From assembly GCA_015064695.1 (NCBI GenBank), contig SVRS01000001.1:149811-213810 (forward strand): DNA of 64,000 nt, read 5' to 3'. Shown in pieces: positions 1-9,223 of this stretch (position 1 is its first letter; the number at the start of each line of letters is the position of its first letter). Both the position numbers and the translations under genes were made by a program. The DNA is from Oscillospiraceae bacterium. Lineage in GTDB: Bacteria > Bacillota > Clostridia > Oscillospirales > CAG-272. The notes beneath the pieces were generated by a model. The model saw nothing but the letters and a program-made list of their open reading frames with translations, made no database searches and was not told where the DNA came from.

Positions 1-222
1 CATGTGGGTCTCGTAGCCCGACATGCCTGTGTCCTTGGAAATGGAGATGAAGTACATGTAGAACATCCCGTCCTTGCGGAAGACCGTGGGGCTGTCGGTC
101 CAGTCGTTGTCGAGCTTCATGACAGCACCGTATTTTACGGGGGTCTTGATGGCGTTGTAGGTCTGCTCCATCACCTCGGGGGGAACGGAGGCGGGCAGGC
201 TGGTGGTTTTGAAGGGAAGCAT
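1..222 (-). CDS. Glycosylase / five-bladed beta-propeller glycoside hydrolase-like protein (5' part; runs off the window)
   Basis: Not in the ORF track. Manual translation MLPFKTTSLPASVPPEVMEQTYNAIKTPVKYGAVMKLDNDWTDSPTVFRKDGMFYMYF... with GGAGGT RBS; the KTPxKYG...DxPTVFR motif resembles GH130/GH43-like glycosylases. Confidence 0.6.
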   Translation of the reverse strand, partial: MLPFKTTSLPASVPPEVMEQTYNAIKTPVKYGAVMKLDNDWTDSPTVFRKDGMFYMYFISISKDTGMSGYETHM

Positions 223-261
223 TCGGATACCTCCGGATTGACTGGATTCGGGAATGGGGGA

Positions 262-1755
262 TCAATCCTGCTCTGCGAGTCCGTCCAGCTTGCGCATCAG
301 GACCGTGAGTCGATTCTTCAGGGTTTTGAGGGATATTCTGTACGTAGAGGTAACGGTGTTCTGCTTGCTCAAAATGATGTCGCGGAAGGGGTTCTGGAAG
401 CCGCTCAAGGCATCGGTGTAGAAGATACCCGAGTCGGTGGTGAGGCTGTTGATGATCAGATCCATCATGACGGAGGACTGGGGGTCCTGAACGATCTTGG
501 TGCGCAGGGTCTCCTCATAGTACACGGGCTTAACCACCTTATAGCCGGTGGAGGAGAGGGCCTCCAGTGTGGCAGAGATCATGTCCAGGCGATCCCCTGC
601 CGTGGTGGGTACGGCAACGACCGAGAAGCGGTCGTGGAGCATGGTGTGATATTCCTTCTGGGTCTCATCGTACTTGGGCATGGGGACGATACCGAACTTG
701 TCGGTCATGTTGCGGAACGTTTCCCGCTCAAGGCCCATGATGCGGATGGTGGCCATGGCACCATTGCCCTCCGCGAACATATCGCAGCAGCCGTCCATGT
801 GTTCATCGGCGCCGTACGTGTCGAAGATGTAGGCGGAGTCATCGGTTTCGTAGTACAGCTCCAGAACCTTCTCGGCCACGCCGTGGAGCTTTCCCGACTC
901 AAAGACGATGGTAAAATCGCCGTCCTCGTCACGGGCGAGAATATCCACCTCGCAGGATGCCCAGTAGGGGTCCACGCTGATGTGCTGCGTAGATATGTAT
1001 CCATATATGTCGCCCTCCTGGTCTTGGATGCCGTTGCCGTCGTCGCGATGGAAAACGGGGACCAGGGAGATCTGCTTATCCAGGGTCCAGGTGCCATCCT
1101 CCACGTATTCGTAGAGGTACTTCTGGCCCGCATCGTCAAAGAGCTTTTGGTTAAACACGGTGGCGTAGGCGAAGCGGTAGATAGACAGGAGCATGGAGCC
1201 GGTCAGCACGTATTGGGTACCCTTATAAAGAGTGGCATCGTTGAGGCCCTCAGACCACCAGGGCTGATCGAAATCAATGTATTCGCTATCGCGGAGGTTT
1301 GCATAAATACCGCGAGGTGTCTGACCGAGGGTAATGAAGCAGGCAGCGGAGATGACGTCATACTCATGGGTGCCTGCATTAACAGCCAGCTCTACTTCCT
1401 CGCAGGGCTCGTCCTTGTCGGGAACATTGGCAATCTTGATGCGCAAACGATCCTCAACGATCTTGTTGCGTTCGTAAACCGCGTCGTTGATGGGCTCACC
1501 GTTTATGTTGTCGATCCAGATCTCGCGATCGTACCAACCGTCACGGTCGCGGCTGATGAAGGTGATCGTCTCGCCGCCGTAGTTCAGGTTGTCGGGGAGC
1601 TTATCGGTCAGCTCGGTTTCTCCATCGGCGGCGGAGGTGGATTGGCCGGGCTTTTTGGTTTCGGCGGGGGGCTCGTCTCCGTTGGCGCAGGCGGTCAGAG
1701 TGCTTGTCAGCATGAGAGCTACAAGAAGGGATGCGAGAATGCGATGGGCTTTCAT
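262..1755 (-). CDS. Extracellular solute-binding lipoprotein (SBP copy 1)
   Basis: Lipobox LTAC, EPINDAVYERN, GTWTLDK and FGIVPMPKYDE motifs; GGAGGT RBS before ATG at 1755. Confidence 0.88.
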   Translation of the reverse strand: MKAHRILASLLVALMLTSTLTACANGDEPPAETKKPGQSTSAADGETELTDKLPDNLNYGGETITFISRDRDGWYDREIWIDNINGEPINDAVYERNKIVEDRLRIKIANVPDKDEPCEEVELAVNAGTHEYDVISAACFITLGQTPRGIYANLRDSEYIDFDQPWWSEGLNDATLYKGTQYVLTGSMLLSIYRFAYATVFNQKLFDDAGQKYLYEYVEDGTWTLDKQISLVPVFHRDDGNGIQDQEGDIYGYISTQHISVDPYWASCEVDILARDEDGDFTIVFESGKLHGVAEKVLELYYETDDSAYIFDTYGADEHMDGCCDMFAEGNGAMATIRIMGLERETFRNMTDKFGIVPMPKYDETQKEYHTMLHDRFSVVAVPTTAGDRLDMISATLEALSSTGYKVVKPVYYEETLRTKIVQDPQSSVMMDLIINSLTTDSGIFYTDALSGFQNPFRDIILSKQNTVTSTYRISLKTLKNRLTVLMRKLDGLAEQD

Positions 1756-1781
1756 GGTGAACCTCCGTGTTTTTTTCATTA

Positions 1782-1810
1782 ATTATAGCAGGATTGGTCG
1801 GATTTGTCAA
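1782..1810 (-). promoter_or_regulatory. sigmaA promoter of SBP1
   Basis: TTGACA-N17-TATAAT with extended -10 TG; almost identical copy upstream of SBP2. Confidence 0.85.
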
Positions 1811-1823
1811 GGGGAAACATCGG

Positions 1824-1855
1824 AAATCCCCCTGCCGAGGGGGGCAGAGGGATTT
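1824..1855 (-). terminator. Intrinsic terminator-like hairpin
   Basis: AAATCCCTCTGCC/GGCAGGGGGATTT stem; paralogous hairpin near 3731-3758. Confidence 0.6.
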
Positions 1856-1860
1856 GATGG

Positions 1861-2106
1861 TTATTTCGCATCGAAGAGCATTTTGTTCAGCTTCCTGTTG
1901 AGGCCGGTCGTCTGGTTCTTCATTTGCTTGGAGACGGACTTAAAGCGAGAGGCGGTATCGTTTATGCCGCCCTGCATCAGTCCTCGGAACTGATCGTGAA
2001 AGCTCCCCAAAAATTCGCAGTACAGGAGGCCTGCGCCTCGTCATACTTAGGCATGGGAATCACGCCGAGCTTGGATTCCATATACGGCGTCGTTGACCGG
2101 TTCGCT
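1861..2106 (-). pseudogene. Multiply deleted remnant of a fourth SBP paralog
   Basis: Three frameshifted fragments: SEPVNDAVY | MESKLGVIPMPKYDEAQ | AGLLYCEFLGSFHDQFRGLMQGGINDTASRFKSVSKQMKNQTTGLNRKLNKMLFDAK*. They match N-terminal, middle and C-terminal motifs of the flanking SBPs. Confidence 0.85.
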
Positions 2107-2125
2107 GATGATCCATATGACGTTA

Positions 2126-3655
2126 TCAGGACCGTGATCCCTGAGCTGCCTGCTTGGCGGCGACCTTGTCCAGCTTTTGGATCATATTGGTCAAGCTCTT
2201 CCTGGCGGCCAAGTCCTTGGCACGGTAGATGGAGACGGTGTTGTTGACGCCGCTGGACACGATGGAGCGGAGGGAACCGTTGAAGCCGTTGAGGGCGGAG
2301 TTATAGAGAATACCGGCATCCACGTGGATACTGTCGATGACCAACTCCATCATCTCCGAGGACTGGGGATCCTGGGCAATCTTGGTGCGCAGGGTTTCCT
2401 CGTAATAGACGGGCTTGACAATCGTGTAGCTGGCGGAGCCCATGGCCTCGAGAACTGCGCTGACTTCCTCCAGGCGATCACCGGATATGGTGGTGGGGAT
2501 GCCTATGACGGTGAACTGATCGTGGAGGTATGTATAGTAGCGGTCCTGTGCCTGATTGTATTTGGGCATGGGCACGACACCGAATTGATCCTCCATATTC
2601 CGCACGGATGCGTTTTCCAGCTCCAGAACGCGGAGGGTAGCCATGGCGGCGTAGCCCTTGGAGAACATATCGCGGATCTCGTCTTGCTCGGCGTCCCAAG
2701 TCCGTTTGGGCAGGCAGAGCACGGCGTTATCGGTGTGGTGATACAGCTCGATCAGCTTTTCGGCTACGTCGTGCAGCTTACCCGAATCGAATACCAGCGT
2801 GAAATCTCCATCGGCGTCCTTTTGGACGATATCCACCTTGCAGGAGCTCCAATAGGGGTCAATGCTGAGCACGTTACTGCTGATGAGACCGTAAACGTCG
2901 CCGTCCCTGTCCTGGTTGCCGTTGCCGTCATCCTTATGGAACAGGGGGACCAGCTCAATCTGCTTATCCAAGGTCCAGGTACCGTCCTCCACGTATTTGT
3001 AGAGGAAGGGCTGCTCGGCGTTGGTAAACAGGCTTTGGTTGAAGACCGTCACGAAGGAGAAGCGGTAGACGGACAGGAGCATGGAACCGGTGGTGAGATA
3101 CAGGCTGTTGCGGTATTCCAGTACCTCATTGATACCTTGGGTCCACCAGGGCTTGGTCAGGTCCAAATATTCGGTGTTCATCAGGTTCACGAAGATTCCG
3201 CGCAGGGCCTGATCGGTGGACGTGAGGCAGGCGGCGGCCATGATGTCGTACTCGTGAGTACCGGCATTGACGGCGAGGGCGACCTTATTGGGGACGGCAC
3301 TGTAATCCGAGTTGTTGTCCTCAATGCTGTTGATGGTCACGCTCAGCCGCTCCTCTACGGCCTTGTTCCGCTCGTAGACGGCATCGTTGACGGGCTCACT
3401 TCGGAGACTCTCCACGGCGATTTCGCCCGAGGTCCAGCCCTCCTGATAGCGGCTGATGATGGAGATCTCGTCACCGCCGTAGTCGAGGTTATCGGGGAGA
3501 TTGTCGGTCAGCTCGGTCTCGCCCTCGACGGAGGAGGTGGACTGGCCGGAGTCTTTTGTTTCGGCGGGGGTATCTTCGCCGTTGGCGCAGGCGGTCAGAG
3601 CGCCCGTTAGCAGGAGGGCGGCAAGGAGGGATGTGAGAATGCGGTTGACTTTCAT
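2126..3655 (-). CDS. Extracellular solute-binding lipoprotein (SBP copy 2)
   Basis: Start MKVNRIL with GGAGGT RBS; lipobox LTAC; paralog of SBP1 and SBP3. Confidence 0.88.
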   Translation of the reverse strand: MKVNRILTSLLAALLLTGALTACANGEDTPAETKDSGQSTSSVEGETELTDNLPDNLDYGGDEISIISRYQEGWTSGEIAVESLRSEPVNDAVYERNKAVEERLSVTINSIEDNNSDYSAVPNKVALAVNAGTHEYDIMAAACLTSTDQALRGIFVNLMNTEYLDLTKPWWTQGINEVLEYRNSLYLTTGSMLLSVYRFSFVTVFNQSLFTNAEQPFLYKYVEDGTWTLDKQIELVPLFHKDDGNGNQDRDGDVYGLISSNVLSIDPYWSSCKVDIVQKDADGDFTLVFDSGKLHDVAEKLIELYHHTDNAVLCLPKRTWDAEQDEIRDMFSKGYAAMATLRVLELENASVRNMEDQFGVVPMPKYNQAQDRYYTYLHDQFTVIGIPTTISGDRLEEVSAVLEAMGSASYTIVKPVYYEETLRTKIAQDPQSSEMMELVIDSIHVDAGILYNSALNGFNGSLRSIVSSGVNNTVSIYRAKDLAARKSLTNMIQKLDKVAAKQAAQGSRS

Positions 3656-3689
3656 GGGAAACCTCCGTAATGTTTTTATATTCCTCTTA

Positions 3690-3718
3690 ATTATAGCAGG
3701 ATTGGTCGGCTTTGTCAA
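3690..3718 (-). promoter_or_regulatory. sigmaA promoter of SBP2
   Basis: TTGACA-N17-TATAAT; 35/36 identical to 1779-1814. Confidence 0.85.
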
Positions 3719-3770
3719 GGGGGGCACCGAAAATCCCCCTGCCGGGGGGCAGGGGGATCGATGGGGAGAC

Positions 3771-5285
3771 TTAGCCGGCTTGCTTTTGTGCGACGCGGTC
3801 CAGCTTTTTTATGATGGCCAGCAGGGAAGTCCGTGTCTTCTTGGAGACGGCCGTAAAGCGAGAGATCGCATCATTATTTTTACCATTGACCAGGCTGCGG
3901 AGCTCACCCTGGAAACCGGGGAGGCTCATAACGTAAAGAATGCCCGCATCGATGTAGATGCCGTCGATGACTCTTTCCATCATCTCGGAGGACTGGGGGT
4001 CTTGAGCGATCTTGGTGCGGAGGGTGGTCTCGTAGTAGGCAGGCTTAACGATCCTGTAGCTGGCGGAGGCCAGAGCCTCCAGAACCGCGCTGACCTGATC
4101 CAGGCGGGCTCCCGTGACGGTGGTGGGGATGGTGAAGACGGTAAGCTGGTCCTGGAGCAGAGTGTGGTAGTCTTTTTGGATTTCGTCGTACTTGGGCATG
4201 GGGACTACGCCGAATTTCTGAGCCATGTTTCGCATGGAGGAGCGCTCCAGCTCGATGATGCGGAGGGTGGCCATAGCACTATACCCGGCGGCAAACAGCT
4301 CGCGGATGTCATCGTGCTCGGCGCCCATGCCGTGAGGCGTGAAAATACGGCTGGCACCGTCGGTACCGTGGAAGAGGGCGAGGATCTTTTCAGCAGCGCC
4401 GTGAAGCCTATCCATATCCAGCACGACCTCGTACAGACCGTCGGCATCCTTCCGGATAATATCCAACTGGCAGGAGCTCCAGTAGGCATCGATGCTGGCC
4501 ATACCGCCGCTGGCGAAGCCGTACACGTCACCCTGATCGTCCTGGATGCCGTTGCCGTCGTCGCGATGGAAAACGGGGACCAGGGAGATCTGCTTATCCA
4601 GGGTCCAGGTACCGTCCTCCACGTATTTGTAGAGGTAGGGTTGGCCGGCATCCATGAACAGGTTCTGGTTGAATACGGTCACGAAGGCAAAGCGGTAGGT
4701 GGAGATGAGGGCATCGCCGGTGGCGACGTACTGGGCATCGTCGTATTCCACTACCTCATTGAAGCCGGGAGTCCACCAGCTTTGGTTGAAATCCAAATAG
4801 CGGGTATTCCGCAGGTTCACGAAGGTACCGTTCAGGGTCTCGGGGAGGGTGGTATAGCAGGCGGAGGCGGCCAGGTCATATTCCTGCGTGCCCGCCCTGA
4901 CGGCGGTAGCCACCTTATTGACGACGACGGAGGCATCGGCGCTGTCATCCAGAATGCTATTGATCTTGATGTTCAGCCGCTGCTCGACGGCCTTATTGCG
5001 CTCAAAGATGGAGTCGTTCACGGGATCGCTGTTGAGGGCACTGACCGAGATTTCGCCTCGGGTCCAGCCCTCGTAGTCGCGGCTGATGACGGTGATCGTC
5101 TCGCCGCCGTAGCTCAGGTCGGCGGGGAGATTATCAGTCGGCTCGTTTTCTCCATCGGTGGAGCCGGTGGACTGGCCGGGATTTTGTGTTCCTGCGGGGA
5201 GATCGTCGCCGTTGGCACAGGCGGCCAAAGAGCCGGTCAGCATGAGGGTCGCCAGGACAGCGGATAGGGCTCGCTTGAACTTCAT
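3771..5285 (-). CDS. Extracellular solute-binding lipoprotein (SBP copy 3)
   Basis: Lipobox LAAC; same conserved motifs; GGAGG RBS. Confidence 0.88.
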   Translation of the reverse strand: MKFKRALSAVLATLMLTGSLAACANGDDLPAGTQNPGQSTGSTDGENEPTDNLPADLSYGGETITVISRDYEGWTRGEISVSALNSDPVNDSIFERNKAVEQRLNIKINSILDDSADASVVVNKVATAVRAGTQEYDLAASACYTTLPETLNGTFVNLRNTRYLDFNQSWWTPGFNEVVEYDDAQYVATGDALISTYRFAFVTVFNQNLFMDAGQPYLYKYVEDGTWTLDKQISLVPVFHRDDGNGIQDDQGDVYGFASGGMASIDAYWSSCQLDIIRKDADGLYEVVLDMDRLHGAAEKILALFHGTDGASRIFTPHGMGAEHDDIRELFAAGYSAMATLRIIELERSSMRNMAQKFGVVPMPKYDEIQKDYHTLLQDQLTVFTIPTTVTGARLDQVSAVLEALASASYRIVKPAYYETTLRTKIAQDPQSSEMMERVIDGIYIDAGILYVMSLPGFQGELRSLVNGKNNDAISRFTAVSKKTRTSLLAIIKKLDRVAQKQAG

Positions 5286-5384
5286 GTGAAACCTCCTGTA
5301 TGGTGGATTGATATATCACAAAGTCGAGGTGCTCTGTCAAGGGCAATATTGCCCGGCTCAGGGGGGCAAGGTAACGGTCGTTGA

Positions 5385-7061
5385 TCATTGTACGGCTTCG
5401 GCAATCAGCTCGTCGATTCTCGCGCGGATGGCCAGCATGGTATCGGCGGAGCGGGCGCAGCGGGAGAATTTCAGCTCCTCGCCGAAGATGCCCTCGATCT
5501 CGGCCACCACGCGGTCCTTACCGTAGAAGGATTCGCAGAGCTTCATGGCGCGGATGTCCTCCAGGGCCTCGTGGAAGACAATGATGCGGGTAGATTCGTA
5601 GGCGGTACCGTCCTGGGCGGGGTAGACCGAGCAGGTGTCTCCTGCGGGGACCCAATAATCGCCGCAGGAATCGGCGAAGGGGTTGACGGTATCCACCGAG
5701 TGCATATTGTTGTAGAAGTTGTAGCCCCACTGGAGGAAGCCTGCGATGTCATACTTGTACATCTGCATGCCGATGGAGCGGTTGCGCCAGGCAGGCATGG
5801 CTATGAGGCGGTTGGACACGTCCAGGCACTGACCGCTGCAATAGTAGGTCCACAATCCGGGAACCTGCCCCTCGATGAAGGGCTCGATGCGGCTGTTGGA
5901 GGGGATGGGGGTTTTGACAACACCCTGACGGTAGAATTCGTAGTTGGACAGGGCGTCCATAATGGTGTAGTCGGCCAGGATGTCGTCAACAACGGCCTTG
6001 GACCTCTGATACTGCTCAAGCTGATCCAGACCCGGCTCGTCGGAGACGTGGAAGAAGCAACGCTTGTCATTGCCGCTCTTCTTCAGGTGACACAGGAGGG
6101 CAGGGAGCATGGTGCGGAGAAAGTGGGTGTAGTCCTCGCCCGTGGCGTCGGTATCCCAGCCGAAGATGCGCTTATATTCGCTCGTGCCGTCGGGGGCTTG
6201 CACCGTAGCCATGACCTTGGGGGCATGACGGGCGCCCCACTGGGTAAAGAGGTGGGAAATCTCCATGTAGGGAATGTCCAGGCGGTCACACATATCTACC
6301 CAGCGGTCCACCTTGTCAAAGCCGAAGATATAGTCCCCATCGGGGGTGACGGTCACGTCCAGAAGCTGGGTGGTGGTGCGCTCGCCTCCCTCGCGGGTAT
6401 CCAGGGGCGGGGTAAGGATGGGGGTGAGGAGGAGGGTGATTCCGTTCTTACGGGCGGTGCGGGCGAAATTCTCCACGATCTCCCAATGGCGTTCCGACCA
6501 GGGCTCGCAGTTGTAGTAGTTGGCCAGGCAGTCGCAATGGAACCACTGGGTGACGTACACGGTCTGGGGGGGCAGCTCGGCGTTGACCATTTCGATGGTG
6601 AGGGTCTCGGCGGAGACGGTGTCCTCGCCGTTCATGAGCTTGACGGTAACGGTATAGGTGCCCGCGGGGACGGCTCCTTGAGGATCGAAGTCGATCCAAA
6701 TGGCGCGGAGCTGACTGCGGATAACCTGGACGGTGGCACCGTAGTGGAGGGGCTGGAGCCAGTCGGGGTAGAGGCCGGGGGCCTTGGAGAGGTAGTTGTC
6801 GTCGGGAATATGGGGGTCGACGGGGTGGGAGACGGGCACCAGCTCTACGGTGCGGGCGGTGACGTAGTCTGCGGGCAATCCCTCGATAACGAGGGTCAGC
6901 ATGGCACGATGGGAGGGCTCGTCGGGGGTGGCGGTGTGGAAGAGCTGGAAGGAGAGACGCTGGTTCTTCATCATGCGGATGAAGGAGAGGGGGGCGAAAT
7001 TCTCAATGGAATCCTGCAGGAAGGGCTTTTCCAGGGATGAGACGAGCTTGGTTCGGATCAT
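5385..7061 (-). CDS. DUF4091-domain glycoside hydrolase (GH123-related, putative beta-N-acetylgalactosaminidase)
   Basis: VSSLEK N-terminus, TQWFHCDCLA, SHLFTQWGA, adjacent acidic pair in FHVSDEP, GFLQWGYNFY, GDTCSVYP; no signal peptide. Confidence 0.75.
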   Translation of the reverse strand: MIRTKLVSSLEKPFLQDSIENFAPLSFIRMMKNQRLSFQLFHTATPDEPSHRAMLTLVIEGLPADYVTARTVELVPVSHPVDPHIPDDNYLSKAPGLYPDWLQPLHYGATVQVIRSQLRAIWIDFDPQGAVPAGTYTVTVKLMNGEDTVSAETLTIEMVNAELPPQTVYVTQWFHCDCLANYYNCEPWSERHWEIVENFARTARKNGITLLLTPILTPPLDTREGGERTTTQLLDVTVTPDGDYIFGFDKVDRWVDMCDRLDIPYMEISHLFTQWGARHAPKVMATVQAPDGTSEYKRIFGWDTDATGEDYTHFLRTMLPALLCHLKKSGNDKRCFFHVSDEPGLDQLEQYQRSKAVVDDILADYTIMDALSNYEFYRQGVVKTPIPSNSRIEPFIEGQVPGLWTYYCSGQCLDVSNRLIAMPAWRNRSIGMQMYKYDIAGFLQWGYNFYNNMHSVDTVNPFADSCGDYWVPAGDTCSVYPAQDGTAYESTRIIVFHEALEDIRAMKLCESFYGKDRVVAEIEGIFGEELKFSRCARSADTMLAIRARIDELIAEAVQ

Positions 7062-7090
7062 GGCGGATGATTCCTTTCTGTTTTATTGTT

Positions 7091-9094
7091 TTATTGCAGG
7101 GTAATGCTCTTGATAAAGATGGTATCGCCATCGTCGGCGGCGCCGAAGTAATCCAGGCGAATGCCGTGGATATCGCCGGTCCAGAAGCTCAGCTCAGAGA
7201 GGTTCAAGGTCAGGGTGTGGTACTGTCCGTCGGCGTAGATCGTGCCGCCGATCGATTTGCCGCCGGTGGCGGTTTTGATGTCACCGGTCATGAGGAACAG
7301 CTCCATGTAGTTGGTTTCCCGACTGTTGGAGGTGGGGCACATGTAGGTGATCTCAATGGAGGAATAGTCCTCGGCGGTGTAGGTGGTGGGCGCCAGGGTG
7401 TAGTCGATCATGAGCTGGGGGTCGGAGCCGTTTCCGTCGATGACGAGCTTCATGGCCTGTTCGACCACGTCATGCTCGCCCATCAGAACGGTGCAGGTAT
7501 CCTGATTGGAAAAATCCAAACGGATCATGTCGCCTACCTCGTCGGGGAAGCGCTTGGTTTTGCCGAAGCGGTCGTCGTTCAAGTCGGGGTTGGTGGAGAA
7601 ATCCTTGTGGGCGGTAAAGATTTCGCGGATCTGTGCAACGCTGCCCGTGGCGAGGAGGTAATCGTATTCCAGAGACTCAAAGGAAACCAATTTGACGGCG
7701 CGGGAGGCCGAGATGTAGTTGCAGGGGCCGCCGCTTGCCTCCTTGGTTCCGTCGTACAGGAGACGTCCGCCGAGATAGGTGTCAATGTTGGGCACGTAGA
7801 TACCCATGCCGAAATCGTCCTGGGCGTTGTACCAGGCGCACCAGGTTTCGGAGTTGGATTTGCGGTAATGGGTACGGGCTATAGGCTCGCCCGCGTTGGA
7901 GGAGCCCCAAAAGCCCAGATCGTGGTAGTAGGACAGCTCGTCACCCGTCCAGGGACGGATGCCCTCGTAGCAGACGTAGTCGCCCAGGTAGCTGACGGTG
8001 TAAAAGGCGGGCAGCTCCTGGTCGCCGTAGGGATGCTCCCAGCCGGAGTAATCCGTGAAGCGGTTTTTGACCTCCACGTAGTCCTCGTGGAGGATGTAGC
8101 GATTTTCCATATAGCTCGGGGTGATCTGACCGTCCAAAGCCCAGTCCTGTGGTTGGGCCTTGACGTAGATCTCATTTTCGGATATGACGAAATCGATCAA
8201 TCGGCTTTTGTTCTTATACTGGTCGCCGCCCTGAACGGGGTTATACTTCCAGTCGCGATTGTCGTAGTGACCGTCGGCCTCGTAGCCGCCCTCAAAGGGG
8301 AAGGTACCGTAGTAGGATTGCTGAATGAGGCGGCCCTCGTCGAAGGTGTTGACGAGATTGGTGAGCCCGTCTATTGAGCAGCTTTTATCTTCCAGATGAC
8401 TGATGGCTCCGCCCCAGCCCAGGGAGATGCCCAGCTTCAACCGCTGGTTTTCCAGAAAGACGGTGGCGTTGGCTGCCAGCGACGGAACGTCGGTCTGCTC
8501 AATGGATATGTCCGTCAGGGTGAAGGTGGTGGTTTCCTCGGTGCAGGCGGCAACGGTCATAGCGGTGAGTCTGCGACGGTGCCTGCCCTCCAGGAAATCG
8601 GGAACAACGGCGGAGAAGGTATCGTCGCCTGCCTCCAGGAAATAGGAATCCTTTTCGGTGGAACCCACCGAAAGGGCGATCTGCAGAGGTTGATCCGAGG
8701 TGTAGTCCATGGTGAAGCGGTTAAACTTGGTGTTCAGAGCCTCGTCGGTCATGGTGACGGTCAGCTCCCCCGAGAAGGTGACCGACCCTGTTGCGGAATC
8801 GATGCTATCGTAGCCTGCAAGGTCATAGGACAACCCCGTGGGGGTCACGACGTGGGCGGTATCTCCGTTTACGGTGACCTCAAAGGAGGCGGCGGGATCG
8901 GTTTCGGACTCCGTATCGGTTTCGGTATCCGTCTCGGTGTCGGTTTCGCCGGCCTGCGTGTCGGCGGAGGTGGTTGCCGAGGTGGCGGCGTTGGTGGTAT
9001 CGGGATTTCCGCCATCCGGCTTTTGGCAGGAGGTGGAGGCGGTCAGCAGGAGAGCGGCCAGCAGGATCGAGGTGACGCGATTGGTGTATTTCAT
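7091..9094 (-). CDS. Uncharacterised lipoprotein with putative C-terminal carbohydrate-binding module (paralog A)
   Basis: Lipobox-like STSC, T/E/D linker, core GRLIQQSYY...YNPVQGGD...QELPAFY, C-terminal WTGDIHGIRLDYF. Confidence 0.75.
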   Translation of the reverse strand: MKYTNRVTSILLAALLLTASTSCQKPDGGNPDTTNAATSATTSADTQAGETDTETDTETDTESETDPAASFEVTVNGDTAHVVTPTGLSYDLAGYDSIDSATGSVTFSGELTVTMTDEALNTKFNRFTMDYTSDQPLQIALSVGSTEKDSYFLEAGDDTFSAVVPDFLEGRHRRRLTAMTVAACTEETTTFTLTDISIEQTDVPSLAANATVFLENQRLKLGISLGWGGAISHLEDKSCSIDGLTNLVNTFDEGRLIQQSYYGTFPFEGGYEADGHYDNRDWKYNPVQGGDQYKNKSRLIDFVISENEIYVKAQPQDWALDGQITPSYMENRYILHEDYVEVKNRFTDYSGWEHPYGDQELPAFYTVSYLGDYVCYEGIRPWTGDELSYYHDLGFWGSSNAGEPIARTHYRKSNSETWCAWYNAQDDFGMGIYVPNIDTYLGGRLLYDGTKEASGGPCNYISASRAVKLVSFESLEYDYLLATGSVAQIREIFTAHKDFSTNPDLNDDRFGKTKRFPDEVGDMIRLDFSNQDTCTVLMGEHDVVEQAMKLVIDGNGSDPQLMIDYTLAPTTYTAEDYSSIEITYMCPTSNSRETNYMELFLMTGDIKTATGGKSIGGTIYADGQYHTLTLNLSELSFWTGDIHGIRLDYFGAADDGDTIFIKSITLQ

Positions 9095-9124
9095 ACGTGA
9101 TGCTCCTTATGGTGTATTGACTTC

Positions 9125-9153
9125 AGTATAGCATATTTCGATAGGGAAGTCAA
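9125..9153 (-). promoter_or_regulatory. sigmaA promoter
   Basis: TTGACT-N17-TATACT; 31/33 identical to 13143-13175. Confidence 0.75.
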
Positions 9154-9223
9154 GGGGGATTTGTGATCTTGAACAAGAAAAGCCGAAACCGTCGAAAAAA
9201 AGTGACGGTTTCGGCAAAATTGG

